From: Haliotis rubra
Taxonomy: Eukaryota
Length of the DNA: 64,000 bases
Direction: 5' to 3'
Assembly (NCBI RefSeq): GCF_003918875.1
Contig: NW_025765625.1
Coordinates: 1,674,001-1,738,000, forward strand
This document shows, one piece after another, positions 13,101 through 25,771 of this stretch (its first letter is position 1; every line of letters starts with the position of its first letter). The position numbers and the translations under genes were made by a program. The notes beneath the pieces were generated by a model. It saw nothing but the letters and a program-made list of their open reading frames with translations, was not told where the DNA came from and ran no database searches.

Positions 13101-14560
13101 CTCAGCACGGCTTTGATAATTGAAAAAAAACTTCAGTCATAATGTGAATGCGCTTTTATCATCTGCTCTGAAACATTTATCTAGTGAATAATACATGGCA
13201 TTGGACATCGGCTATGTTGAACAGAAACATTCATCATTTGGTTCTGACATAAAAGATCTCTTCAGATACGTTTTTAAAACTTAAAAGAATTGGATGGCAC
13301 CATGTTAACGTCAGCTAGGTTGTAACGAACATCACTTGTACATTAAGGGGCATAACTGAGGGTACAGGAACGAGATTGAAAGGAGATATTGATAACACAT
13401 TTCGAATATTCGGAATGATGTATTCATTCATATTTGCACATGTTTCAAACTAAAAGGAAAATGTTATCTTTCTTCTTTCAAAATAGAAACAAATGGTGCA
13501 CCGTTCCTGCAGAATCCTCTACGCATCTAGCATTTATCATGAACTTATCTGGACGTATGAAGGAGATGAAACTGCGATGGCTCCTTAAAATCTTTCAATA
13601 ACATTTCTCCGTCAGCGCTGAAACATAAACTACTCTGCTTTTGGGTCGTTTTGCTATAGTCAGAACAGAAATTGTACACAGTGATTGATTGATGAAAATA
13701 TATACAGTAACTGTGCTTACATGAAGTTTTTGCCAGATGGAGTAGGCAAGTCTTGTACAAGAAAACAGATTCAACAACCTGATATTGCCACTGCAGTATG
13801 ATCTAAAAGTCATTGACCTTTATAATCTGTACTTTAACGTCCCAAGGAGACACACAGATACATTGCTGATTTCTTTCGTGAATCTCGTGGCCTGTTTTTC
13901 AGAGATAAAAATTCTCATCAAGAACATCCGGCTGGTGATTATCTATATGTACCTTGTCTATAAGGCTGCACTATTGTGTGGACGATAACCTCTGTCCTCA
14001 TGAATAGCGGAAGGTCAAGCAACAGTTACTTACGGACTGAAGGTTAAATGGTTGCGGTCTCGTCAGTGGGTCTTTTCATGTCTCTATGTTGAGAGTGAGT
14101 GAGTGAGTGAGTTTTTAAAAAGGGCCCTTTATCGGGGGTCAGCTTGGTGGAATGTTGATGGAGGAATGTTGATAAAATTCATCTGTATTATCTCTGAGTT
14201 GTTTCTCAGATTACATTCTCCTAATCTACGTTCACCGAGAAATATCTCTTAACGGCTGAAATCACTCTTCTACGTGGTTCCCCATAAAGCATGTCCGCCT
14301 GTCATAAACATCGCATAATGCAGGCGTGTTAGGAATAATCAAGAAACTGAGGAAGCATCCGAGCCTACCACACACAAACTCATCTGTATCTCTGACGATA
14401 AGAGCTTATTGGCCCGTGGGCATCAAAGCGAACACCTTGTATTTAAATCTGTACTTCCCGATCCTCAGGTCTCAGGAAGACTGTCGTGTCACTGGATTGT
14501 CCGGACAAGATTGTTCACAGGCCGCTGTCGCTCTTCACCGCTGCTGTGCAGATTGTGGCA
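10135..14560 (+). pseudogene. Decayed unit copy 1, segments Y+Z: large intron-less protein relic, possibly a glycoprotein
   Basis: Long low-stop frames, e.g. LYASSIYHELIWTYEGDETAMAP*NLSITFLRQR and AYMKFLPDGVGKSCTRKQIQQPDIATA, conserved in other copies. Confidence 0.55.
11944..12200 (-). mobile_element. Retroposon family C (SINE or LINE 3' end)
   Basis: Matches 15085-15350 (+) and 49526-49821 (-). Confidence 0.8.
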
Positions 14561-14756
14561 ACGGACAAATACAATTTGTTCTTGAAAATTATATGAATCC
14601 TGGATGCCGCTAGTAGAAGAGGGCATGCTTACTCTTCATTGATCCATTCATATTTTTCCTCAGTTTTGGCCTTTTACACCCGAGTTAGTCAACCTGGCAG
14701 ATATTCAATTCCATTTATTCTCTTGTGTTGAGTTTTTATATGTAAGTAGATATAAC

Positions 14757-14854
14757 CTTTGCGGGGAGAGCGGCAGGTAGGTAGTCCCATGCCCTAACAG
14801 GGTGACTTTGCGGGGAGAGCGGCAGGTAGGTAGTCCCATGCCCTAGCAGAGTGA
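14757..14854. repeat. Tandem duplication, 2 x 49 bp, GC-rich
   Basis: CTTTGCGGGGAGAGCGGCAGGTAGGTAGTCCCATGCCCTA at 14757 and 14806. Confidence 0.9.
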
Positions 14855-15084
14855 TATCAAAGGACGGTACATGTCACCTTGCCTTGATTGTTGAAGTAGC
14901 TTTAGAGGGAAAATCCCAAACCTGGTTGACTCAGTTAGTTATTGTGTCTGAGTGGGCAATGTTATATTGTATATGTATGCATATTGAATCCAAACATCAG
15001 ATTTAAACGTGTGATCACCGTCTATCTGTTCACCTTCTGCCAATAATATCAGCAACTTGAATGAAACCACATACTCACGCCTAC

Positions 15085-15350
15085 TCGCGTCCCTAGTATA
15101 GTGATCTACCCTCAGTTGTTGGCGATCTATAGCCAAATTTTACATTGTATTGTCCAGAAATAGTTTACTACTTTTAAAGATATATGCTAGCTAGTTTTAA
15201 CTCAATCTGTGATAATCTAGTGGTTTTACTGTCCTTCGTTGACAGGGTTTTATATATTATATGTATGTATTATAAATTTAGAACTAGTTTTAGTCACGAT
15301 ATGGCTGAAATATTGCCGATGTGACTTTAAATCTTAACTCACTCACTCAC
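15085..15350 (+). mobile_element. Retroposon family C
   Basis: ...CACGATATGGCTGAAATATTGCCGATGTGAC...(ACTC)n tail. Confidence 0.8.
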
Positions 15351-16599
15351 GCCTACTCGCACGCACGCACGCACATGATATATGTATATATCCCTGGCCA
15401 GACCGTTCTCGCTAAATTCCGCAATAGCCTATAATGTGAGTATATTCTGTGCAACAAACTTCCAATAGTATCATACAATATACATTTTACAATAACTTGT
15501 TCCTTTTCGATTTATTATGGACAGTTGTGGAATCAACTTGCACAAACCTTTCACAACGCCCAAGTCTTTCGCAAATCTGTGCTTGAGTATGTGAGCTTCA
15601 TGATAGACTGTCTCAGCGCTGACGATAATCTTGACGTTGTCCACCACCCGATAAAATCAACCATCTCATATGGGGCGCAGAAATGTTGGGGGCCATAAGA
15701 GCAGGCTACGATCAGCGGATCCAGGACATTACGGGTCGATTCAGAAGAATGAGAATGGTGGCTCCGATGTATCTCTGGATTGTATCACTAGTAAATATCA
15801 CTACTTCATTATTATCCCCGAATTCCGGGGAGGAATATCTTTTTTCTGGATCCTAAGCGAGATAAGGAGATTGACTAAAATGCAAAACGTGGTCTGGTCA
15901 TTATTTAACATCTGGTCTAACCGGGCCAAGACCAGGGTTAAGACTGATTATATGTATTTATCGACGATCTTTTATTGATGGACATATTTATATGTAATTG
16001 ATGCGCCGTATACACATTAAACACATGAACAATCTCAGCGAACACCATGCTGTAAGAATTTCATAAAAAATATTCAAAATTCAATAATTGCATGGTGCAC
16101 TATAATGACGAATCGTAAAAAGTAAACTTCACTGGCGTTATGTTTTAAATTTCTATTCATCCCCGAGACTTGACTGTCTATAGACCAATGGATATATCTG
16201 GAATATTGTTGACTGTACACCTGTTGCATAGCACTGACACATTTACTAGAGTGTCATTACACTTATAGTCAGTCGTCGTTGGACGTTCATCACGACTGCA
16301 ACTCCGTAACATGATGACTGTAGTCTTTAGCGGACTCTGTTCCGTACTATAAACGACGTTTTGAAAAATGATGTTACTTGCTTTATTACGTCAAAACATG
16401 CATCAGTAGAAGGGTTTTACGCCGCGTTTATCAATATTACAGCAATAACAGGGATGTGGACACCAAAGATGGGCTTCACACGTTGTACCTCAGTGGTGAG
16501 TCGAACCTCGCGGTTAAGAGTGAAGAGCGAAAGCTCTAACCACTATGCCATCCTACCTACCCTCATCAATAGAAAGTTGTACACGGAATAATATGCAAA

Positions 16600-18028
16600 A
16601 GGATTTCTACCACATAAAATACCTTTGGATTAATTGGCTATGTGTCAGCATTAATGGCTCTCAAATCATAGTTCCCCACTGCAGTTTGTAAATGCTCTTC
16701 ATACAGAATCGAAAGCAATGCTGTCACTAACAGATCTGAGTGGCCGATCCTGAAGATTACTTGAAAGATGATCGTGTATTCCTTCCTTACGTCACATTGT
16801 GTTATTGATGCATAACCAAGATGGATTGCCTCGTTTATTACTCAGAATTTGAATGGTACTGATTGGACGTTAGAGGAGCACAAATGCACAAATTGGGAGA
16901 AATGTGCAATGTACTGCAGATAGCCCAATCATGCCGGCAAATCACCTAATTACAATTTACCATGTATCAATTGGTCTGCAAGTATGCCGTAAAGGCCATG
17001 ACAGCCCATAGTGCATTTAACCTGTGTGCAGAATTCGCTCAACCAAGCTTCTTGTAAAGTGAATTTTCTACTCGACTAGTTGAAGGGCTTTCTCCAAGAC
17101 TATCGACTGTTCTCGCAATATTTATAAATAGTAAAACTGTATTGCTCTCGACCTTGTGGTAATACGTCCTTAAACAAGTTTGTATCATTTGTGGTTGTTG
17201 AAATGTATCAGTTAGTAATTGGCAGGGATCAGGCACACTTGACATCGTAAGCAATGAGAATGTGTTACATTAATGAGGGGGGATCGATTCGATAGGCTTG
17301 AAATAGCTGTCATGGATCTGGGTTGGTCATTTTTCAATCACACTGTGGCTGTAGTAGCTTTGATCGAACTCTGGCTGTTGCAGTGACAGACGAGGCCAGT
17401 TAATGAGCAAAATGTCAAGATGGTGATAACGTGCTTATTTGTATAACAAGGTATCCACCAGATGCTCGGCGACTCGACGTGCACAGTGTTCTGGAGACTG
17501 GTGGACCTTGGCAGACTAGTGTCGAAAGGTGTGAGGAATGAGGTATAACTTTCTCGTGGCCAACACGACGGTGTGGGTATTGATGGTTTGAAATTGTCTG
17601 TCATTGTGATTTTAAGAGTGATCAAATGCGCCTTTTACGCTTGATGGTGATGATACGACGTGCACGGTGTCTTGCCAGACTGATGGCGAAAGAATGTGGG
17701 ATTTCACGAGGCTATTACGAGGGACTTTCTATTGATGGTTTGCGTTTGTATGTCATAGTTCTTTTGAGCGTTTAAAACGCGATTTACAGCGGATTGACAT
17801 TTGCTGCTTGAAAGTCAGTTCATTGGTACAAAAAGGACATTTTGAGAAGATGGGGAAAAGGTTTTTGCTCCTATCTATGATATAACGATTGTCCTTGTCG
17901 TCTTCCTCATTTAGGTTCATTTAGTGTCTGGTGTATTTTTAAATTTTGGCAGACATTTGTTTTAGTTACCATACATACAGTCGGGCCCCCTTTATCTCCA
18001 GATTCGTTCACTCGAATGTACCGATATA
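16600..18028 (-). pseudogene. Decayed unit copy 1, segment W
   Basis: Direct repeat of 5310-6590; minus-strand frame continues ...INEAIHLGYASITQCDVRKEYTIIFQVIFRIGHSDLLVTALLSILYEEHLQ... Confidence 0.55.
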
Positions 18029-18240
18029 GGTTGGTTGGTTTGTTGTTTAACGCCGCACTCAGCAATATTCCAGCTATATGGCGACAGTCTGTAACCCATG
18101 CTTGTCGATAGAGGCGACTAACGGGATCGGGTGGTCAGGCTCGCTGACTTGGTCGACACATGTCATCGGCTCCCAGTTGCGTAGATCGATGCTCATGCTG
18201 TTGATCACTGGATTGTCTGGTCCAGACTCGATTATTTACA
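18029..18240. mobile_element. Two family-B SINE fragments fused in opposite orientation
   Basis: Minus-strand 3' end (18029-18094) joined to plus-strand body (18093-18240). Confidence 0.8.
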
Positions 18241-20757
18241 TTTTTCACAACATGGTAGTCAACATGACACTTTGCCACCATGACTACGTGCATTAAAAAT
18301 TAAGAAAGTTACATCGAGGACATGTACATAGATTAATGTTGGTGGATTGTATGGATTTGAAATGAGTTTAGTTTTACACCGGTTTTAGCAATATTCCTGC
18401 AATATCATTGCAGGGAACTCAATAAATTGGCATCACTTATTGCACCAATGTGGGGAATCAAACCCGGACCTTTTGGCATGACGAGCGAGCGCTTTAACCA
18501 CAAGGCTACCCCACGGCAAATGCTGTCAGTGAGAAACCTTTGGCACGACCTTTTGCATTGTTAATAAAATCACAGATGGACACAGGCTGTCATTATCCCG
18601 CAGGCTCTCATAATCCCTAAATCATTTTTTCATATATTGATGAACAAGTAATTTAATTCTTATTGCTGCTTAATCGATCAAATGCAATTATCAGCCAAAG
18701 GGTCATCAAACGTGTCAACAGCCCTTCAAATTACCAATTCAATATAAACAGCCCCTTTTTCATCCTATATATTATGATTATCATCAATGTTTCACTCGTG
18801 TGACAACTGTTGAACTTAACTTGAATCAAATGTCTCGTTATCGCCCATGCAAAATCAAGCACAAATTGACACAATCATGCAGGGTGACATATGGACAGTG
18901 TCGCTTATGGACAGTGAGTTGCTTCCCAAACATGCCCAATGCATGCCCCAAACCTCGTATTGTGAGTTCGAATCCCTAGAAGTCTCATTTTGTTTATAGG
19001 TTTGTCAGCACCAAAGCGGATTTCATAAAAATCCTGCATCTTTTTCCGTAAAACTTACTGTCAACATTGGGACAGGACGATACACACTGACCAGATCCCC
19101 TAGCGGATTTCAACAAAGGGATATGTCGAGCATCATTTTGGGCTTTCCTGCGTCAAACTGACCTGTCGATAAAGCACCCTTAAATCCAACTGACTCACTC
19201 TGAACATAGGGACAGGGAGAGACACACTGACCAGATCGCATTTCCATTTGTCCTTTCAGTCCGTAGGTAACAGTTACTGTTCTGCAATTTGCTTCAAAAT
19301 ATGTGTTGCTGTTGATATGCCACAAATTGTACTGGTAGGCTGAATGATGCAGATGCTTTCATCCACCTATCGAAAAGCAATGTTTAAAATGATGGAATGC
19401 CATTGATATTCCGCTATTCAGATCTATTCGGGACAGAGGTCATCGTTCACACAATAGTGCAAGTCTTTTAGACAAGGTACATGTAGATAATTACCAGCCA
19501 GATGTTCGTTCTATTGAATATAGAACATGGGATTCAGGAAAGAAATCTTTATGTCTCCTTGGGGCGTTAAAGTAAAGATTAAAAAGGTCAATGCTCTTAA
19601 GATCACATCGCAGTGGCAATATCAGGTTGGTGAATCTGTTTTCTTGTACATGAATTGCCTACTCCATCTGGCAAAAACTTCATGTAAGCAAAATAACCAT
19701 ATTTATTTTCATCAATCAATCATTGTGTACAATTTCAATTTCGACTATAGCAAAACGACCAAAGAGCAGTGTACTGTTAGTTTCAGCGCTGACAGAGAAA
19801 TTCCATTGAAAGATTTAATGGAGCCATCGCAGTTTCATTTCCTTCGAACGTCCAGAGAGGTATATGATAAATGCTAGATGCGTAGAGGGTTCTGCGGGGA
19901 ACGTTGCGCCGTTTGTTTCTATTTTGAAAGATGACAGATAACATTGTCATTTGATTTTGAAACATGTGTAAATAAGTAGTTATACATCATTTCGAATATT
20001 CGAAATTAACTTGGCGTATGTTATCAGTGTCTCCTTTCAACCTCGTCCCTGTACCCTCAGTTATGCCCCTTTAATTACAGGTGATGCTCGTTACAAGGCG
20101 ACGTTAACATGTTGCCATCCAACAATTCTTTTACGTTTTGTAAACGCGGCTGAAGAGATCTTTATGTCAGGCCCAAATGATGAATGTTTCTGTTCAACGT
20201 GTAATATTCTTTAAGGCCATGTAATGTTTGACTACATAAATGCTTCAGAGTGGATGATACAAGAACAGTCGTATTGTGAAATTATTAAAGCTACACTGAG
20301 CAACAGTGAAATGGATATTGTCATTATGTTCTTAAAGGTTTCTTTTCTTAAAGGCACTATAGTGAATCAGCATGATATGTCCTGGTAATGAATGTGATGT
20401 TAACTGCTAAACATTGTAGCTTGTCTGAATCAGGTGTACACATTTAGTAATCGTATCACAGACTGTATTATTGTGGGAGATGTTGAGACGGAGGAAATTC
20501 TGCTTTAACCTTGGTTTCATGTTGTAGACTATCAAACAAGACATACAGTTTATATTCACTATTCCAGCAGACATGTTGCTGAGATCACTGGAGAAATAAA
20601 TGGCTTGAAACTCTTGACTCTGGGCGATTTAGCTTTCATGCAGAGGGGTGATGTGGCATAAGGACAATCAAGCAACACATCTACATCTGATATTACCGTG
20701 CGGAGGCTAACATTCACTTTTAATGCAAACTTTATGAGAAGGCTGCCATTAGGACAG

Positions 20758-20926
20758 GAGTGAACGAGTATGTTTTTACGCCGCGTTTAGCAATGTTCCA
20801 GCAATAGCAAGGTGGGGAACACCAGAAATGGGCTTCACACATAATTTTACCCATGTAGGGAATCGAACACGGGCCTTCGGTGTGACGAGTGAACGCTTTA
20901 ACCACCAGACTACCCCCACCGCCCCT
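20758..20926 (-). mobile_element. tRNA-derived SINE family A
   Basis: Consensus match; imperfect TSD TTAGGACA(G/A)GA. Confidence 0.85.
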
Positions 20927-21947
20927 GTTAGGACAAGACATGTTTGCCCTTTCAATAATTATGGTGATCCACTACCATTTTGTCATTTTCGACCACTTAT
21001 ATGACAATAATTATTCGCGAAGTGATAGTTGTCACTTTCACAAGGCGAGTTAGCGCTGGATTCATGGGGCTTTTGTTACAAACCGTGTGACCATAAATGT
21101 GAAGCAGAGTGTCATATTGGTCTTGCAAGGGTTGCTGGTCGGGGTGACAACATATATTTCCAAATCTGACACACCAGTTACGAAAATGATATCCTAAGCT
21201 AGTGGTCACTCTAAAATGCAGCAACACTGTATCGCATTGCAGCTCATCTAGGGCCCCTGCTGCAGGCAAGGAACAAGGTCAGTATATCAATACAACGAGA
21301 AGCTTGCGGGCAGATAGTTCCTCGTTTCAAATTTATTGATTTATTCCAAAGATAATAAAATGTCATTCCCCAGGTGCCTTATGATTATTTCTCAGCTGGT
21401 TTCTTATTCATCGTAGTGGGTGTAAATTTAGAGTCACGTCGACAGTATTTCATCCATATCAGTCTCTAAATAGCCTGCATCATTTGTGAAGTTGGAAAAA
21501 CATCATTTTCAAAATCCAGTCAAATATCATTATCGCCTTATTCGGTCGATTGCAGACACTTTTTCAGAAAGGCCAGCGTGAATATGGTTGATTTGCTCTT
21601 GAAGAACTTGCAGTTACAGATGTGAATTATGGTGGCTTGTTTCATTGGGGAAATCAGGGCTTCTTAACGTTCTCGTTTTCGGTATCCCACCGTCTTTGAA
21701 GTCAGGTTTGAAGCTGGTCTAGATTTAGAATTACTAGAATAGCTGTGTATGGTATCATGGGAATTAGTTTTTATTATTTTCAGAATCCATAGGCACATGC
21801 TTGGACATATGGTATGGATGCTGTGGAAATATGAAATGCGTTACGTGACGAAGCCATGTTATGAGGATGACTCTTGAGATGTTGATGTTGAGATGCTCAG
21901 TGGTGTTTCGAACAGCAACAACAGCCAGTATAGTTCAAACTGAAACT

Positions 21948-22104
21948 GGGAGCGGTGGGGTAGCCTAGTGGTTAAAGCGTCCTCTCGTAACGCTGAAGAC
22001 CTGGGTTCGATTCCCCACATGGGTACAATGTGTGAAGCCCATTTCTGGTGTCCTCCTCCTTGATATTGCTAAAAGTGGCATAAAACCATACTCACTCACT
22101 CACT
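21948..22104 (+). mobile_element. tRNA-derived SINE family A with TSD CAAACTGAAA
   Basis: A/B boxes, (ACTC)n tail, flanking direct repeat. Confidence 0.9.
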
Positions 22105-23781
22105 CAAACTGAAAATTGTTTCATAAATAGTGGCATAATAAGTACATATAAGCAAAATTGATGATGCAAAATCTAGGTGCGTAGATGCTGTTCTCATTTG
22201 CTTTTCACCGTAATATGTCGATCCGTTCATTAGAGCATGTGCGATTTATTAAAGGTCACCTACTCTCACCCTAGTCACATTTGTTTGAAATGTTCGTGGT
22301 CTGTCATAAGCTGGTAGGTATTACGTTGATCAGTGCAGATATCAGAGTTATATGACTGTACAGACAGCGACAAAATGAAACGTCGTAACAATCTGACGTA
22401 TTTCCGATAAATCCACATATTTTAAACTGGGTAAATGGGCCCATCAACTTCACCACCACCCTTCCACCATCAACTCTTCTCCACCACCTTACCCCATGGC
22501 CTCCATCCACGTCAACCACGTTTTACCGTTATACCATCGAACTACCGTTCACGTCTCTGGCATTCGTCGCGTCACGCCTCTCTTGTCTGGTTTTAAGACT
22601 TTTCAACACAGATTTGATGAATATGCTGTATGCAACGTGACCGAGAGCCGGATAATGCTACATAATCTGAGATAATTTGACTTTAAAGAAATCACAGACC
22701 GGGGTAATTTGTTATGGATCCTGGCTTATTAGAGAAACCAGATGCAGGGAAGGAGGTCCTTGGCCAGATGCACCCAATGTAGGTTTGCCACACAAGAGAC
22801 GTGTATTAGAGGCTACGTTTGCAAGGTGCCTCTACGAGCTAGAGAAACATCCATGCGAGTGCATAAATATTAACTAATAAAGCAAGGGGTCGTGTTACTT
22901 GAAGTAAGACTGCAATTACAAGTCAAGACCTTTTATTCAATATTACAGACTATTATACAGTTACGCCACAATGGGAAACACAAGGAATGGCTTTCACTAT
23001 GAAGTTCTGTTTGGATACAAACCCAGACTGCCTCCAAGATGGATGTTTACAAACAACATCTTACGGCTGTAACACTGCTGAAACAAATACATACACATGA
23101 TATAGTCATAATTGTACAATCGAGATTTCTTATGAATGTGGAAAGGGTTCTGTCGCTTCTATCTATTTGATCTAAATCTGCCGTGGCAAATAAGGCGTGT
23201 CTTTCAAAAGCACAACCAACTGCAGTGGATAATATTCTCTGAATGTGACTGAAAGTGGTGCAATTATTGAGACAAAACACTGACCACAATCATAAGGTAT
23301 ATCGTTTAACAACAGTCAGTTTTACGATTCCGAAACAACAAAGCACATCTTGTTTCATCGTCCATACCTTTAGTGAAACCAATCACCTTTCACGTGTATT
23401 GAAAGCGATCCGGTCACACTCTGTTGCCCTACGTTCTTCTCCTTGCCGTGATTTGGACGATGTGTACATGCAACTCCGTTGACTTAAAACTCAGTTCACT
23501 CACTCACATGAGCTCTTTATTGTTTTTGCACCAGAGGTTGAATATCGAATGTCCCTCAATAGCATTTATGTATCACACATGCGTAAATTGATGCTCATGC
23601 CGTTGATCACTGGATTGTCTGGTCCAGACTCTATGTAGTATGCCAGCACAATAGACATGATAACTATGTAAAGTTTGGTGATATTTTTGACATTGGGGTA
23701 AACCCTTATATTGTATAGATGTTCAAGCTACATGTCTTCGAAATGAAACTCGAAGGCATATATTTGTACATCTTGCGAGGG

Positions 23782-23787
<6 letters not shown>

Positions 23788-23846
<59 letters not shown>

Positions 23847-25771
23847 ATTAAGTAGTATTTGGGCCATAAGGCCCATGATACAGTTGACATATACAATTTA
23901 GATTACACGTGATCATAAACATTTGAGTTTCATATTGATCTTATTTTGAATATCTCATTGAGATAGATAGCTGTTAGATGCTGTACATTACTATTTTGTT
24001 ACATAAAAATTGCCTGAATGGTAAGTGGGCCTCTGTAGACTGATTGTAGCTTCTGTAGATATAGAGTTCTGGCTTGATTATACTTATCAGAAACAAAAAA
24101 TACATGGGTCTCATCTTCATTAAGGTTATGATTACAAAGTTCACAGATGGGGTTGATAGCCGTTGTATCTTTATTGGTTCTTAGCTTGTTTATCTTAAAG
24201 TTTGTTAGCGAAGCTCTAAATTTGAAGTAGACTCTTATTAGTTGTTTGTTCCTCATGTTCGTGATATATGATTCTCTTTCCAGTGAAAACTTGAATGAAG
24301 CGTAGTGGGTAAGGAAACTTGAACTGTTTATCTCATAATGCCAGTTTTGGTGTGATATATCTTTGAGGCGCTGTTTTAAACATGATAAGAAATTATTTAC
24401 ATCTCCGACATCCTGTGCGATCCATACATGTGAGAATCCTATCTTGGACAATGTTTCTCTAATATTAGAGGTCCAGTTTCTTTTTCCTACATCATCGAGC
24501 GATTTAAGCATTCGGTAACACTGGTGTGCGTGGCGATCGGCTGTCATTCGTAGAACTTTTATCCAGTACTTGATGGCCTTTACTTGTGTTGATATATAAA
24601 TCAAATGTCTTCCAGTGTCGCCAAAAATTGCCTTGTTTGAAGCAAATTTTCCAACTTTGAGAAGGTGTTTAAAGTAGTTTAACTGAACTTTTTCAATTGA
24701 AGCTGAATACTTGCATCCCCACACTTCTGCTCCATAGAGGAGTATATGTAAAACTTTAGTGTCGAATATCGAACATGCAGTTGAAAACGTTACTTCTTTA
24801 TTTTTCTGTATGAATCTATTTATTGCGAGGCATGCCTTACTAGCTTGTTGTGCGAGAGTGTCACATGCTTTTGTCCATACCAGTTGTGATGAGAAGATAA
24901 GTCCAAGGTATTTGTAATAGGTGACGGTTTCGATAGGCAGTCCTTTATAAGTCCATTTTTCATTCTGTGCCAGTTTTCCACCATTTCTAAAAACTATAAT
25001 CTTGGATTTATTAAAATTCAGTTGTAGTCCTGATTCTGAGCAGTAGTATTCCAGTGTGTTTAGCTGTCTCTGTAAGCCGATGATAGTAAACGAAAATAAC
25101 ACAACGTCATCCGCAAAAAGTAGGAGCATCAAGTCTTCAATATCTTGGGTGACGAATATTCCACTTGTACACGATCTATACATGGCTGTTACAAGTTCAT
25201 TTATATATAATATAAATAACACTGGGCTGAGAATGCAGCCTTGTCGAACCCCTACAGATGTTGAGAATATTTCAGTTGAGTTTCCTTGCACCTTCACACA
25301 CGCCTTGATCGATGAATACATGTTCTTGAGAAGAGTAATGACTTTTCCATGACATCCTTTTTGAAGCAGTAGAGTTAACATTCTTTTCCTGTCCACAAGA
25401 TCGAAGGCCTTTCGGAAGTCTATAAAACAACAATAAAATCTACCCTTTGGTTTACAAAGATATTTTGAGCATAGTGACTGAAGCGTGAATAGGTGATCTG
25501 CTGTAGAATATCCGGGACGGAATCCAGCTTGACTCTCTGAAATAAGTTCGTTTGTTTCAACCCATCGTCTTAACCTTTTTCGATAATATCAGTAAATATT
25601 TTACCCATAACGTTGAGAAGTGAGATACCCCTATAGTTGTTTGGATCCTTTGGGTCTCCTGATTTGAAGATGGGGATGACCATTCCGTTGTTCCATTCTT
25701 CTGGGAAAGTTCCACTGTCAAGTACTTTATTGAAAAGCTTTTTCAGATATTTGAGGAAAAAAATCACTAGT
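23788..25771 (-). mobile_element. 5'-truncated non-LTR retrotransposon (LINE; RT domain and C-terminus), one frameshift near 25577
   Basis: RT motifs IPIFKSGD..NYRGISL, QAGFRPG, FIDFRKAFD, GVRQGCILSP, LFADD, YKYLG; C-terminal CxxC...EDETH; AATAAAC then (TC)n tail; TSD GAGGGTATATG at 23777-23787 and 25772-25782. Confidence 0.95.

Larger units (their letters stand above)
18780..23048. pseudogene. Decayed unit copy 2 (inverted relative to copy 1): Y on minus strand, X on plus strand
   Basis: 19100-20570 = rc of 12820-14140; 21215-21900 = rc of 10280-10930; 22255-23048 = rc of 8990-9785; 18780-19000 matches 56190-56370. Confidence 0.7.

Noticed and set aside
10135-14560. Assignment to Maverick/Polinton, Helitron or LTR elements
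   Set aside because: No PolB, integrase, packaging ATPase, Rep/helicase, gag/pol motifs or terminal repeats were found in the frames I translated.
21948-22025. tRNA-Asp-like genes (also 3290-3363, 4285-4357, 44823-44900 and others)
   Set aside because: These are SINE heads: no proper acceptor stem, always followed by a SINE body and (ACTC)n tail, often with TSDs.
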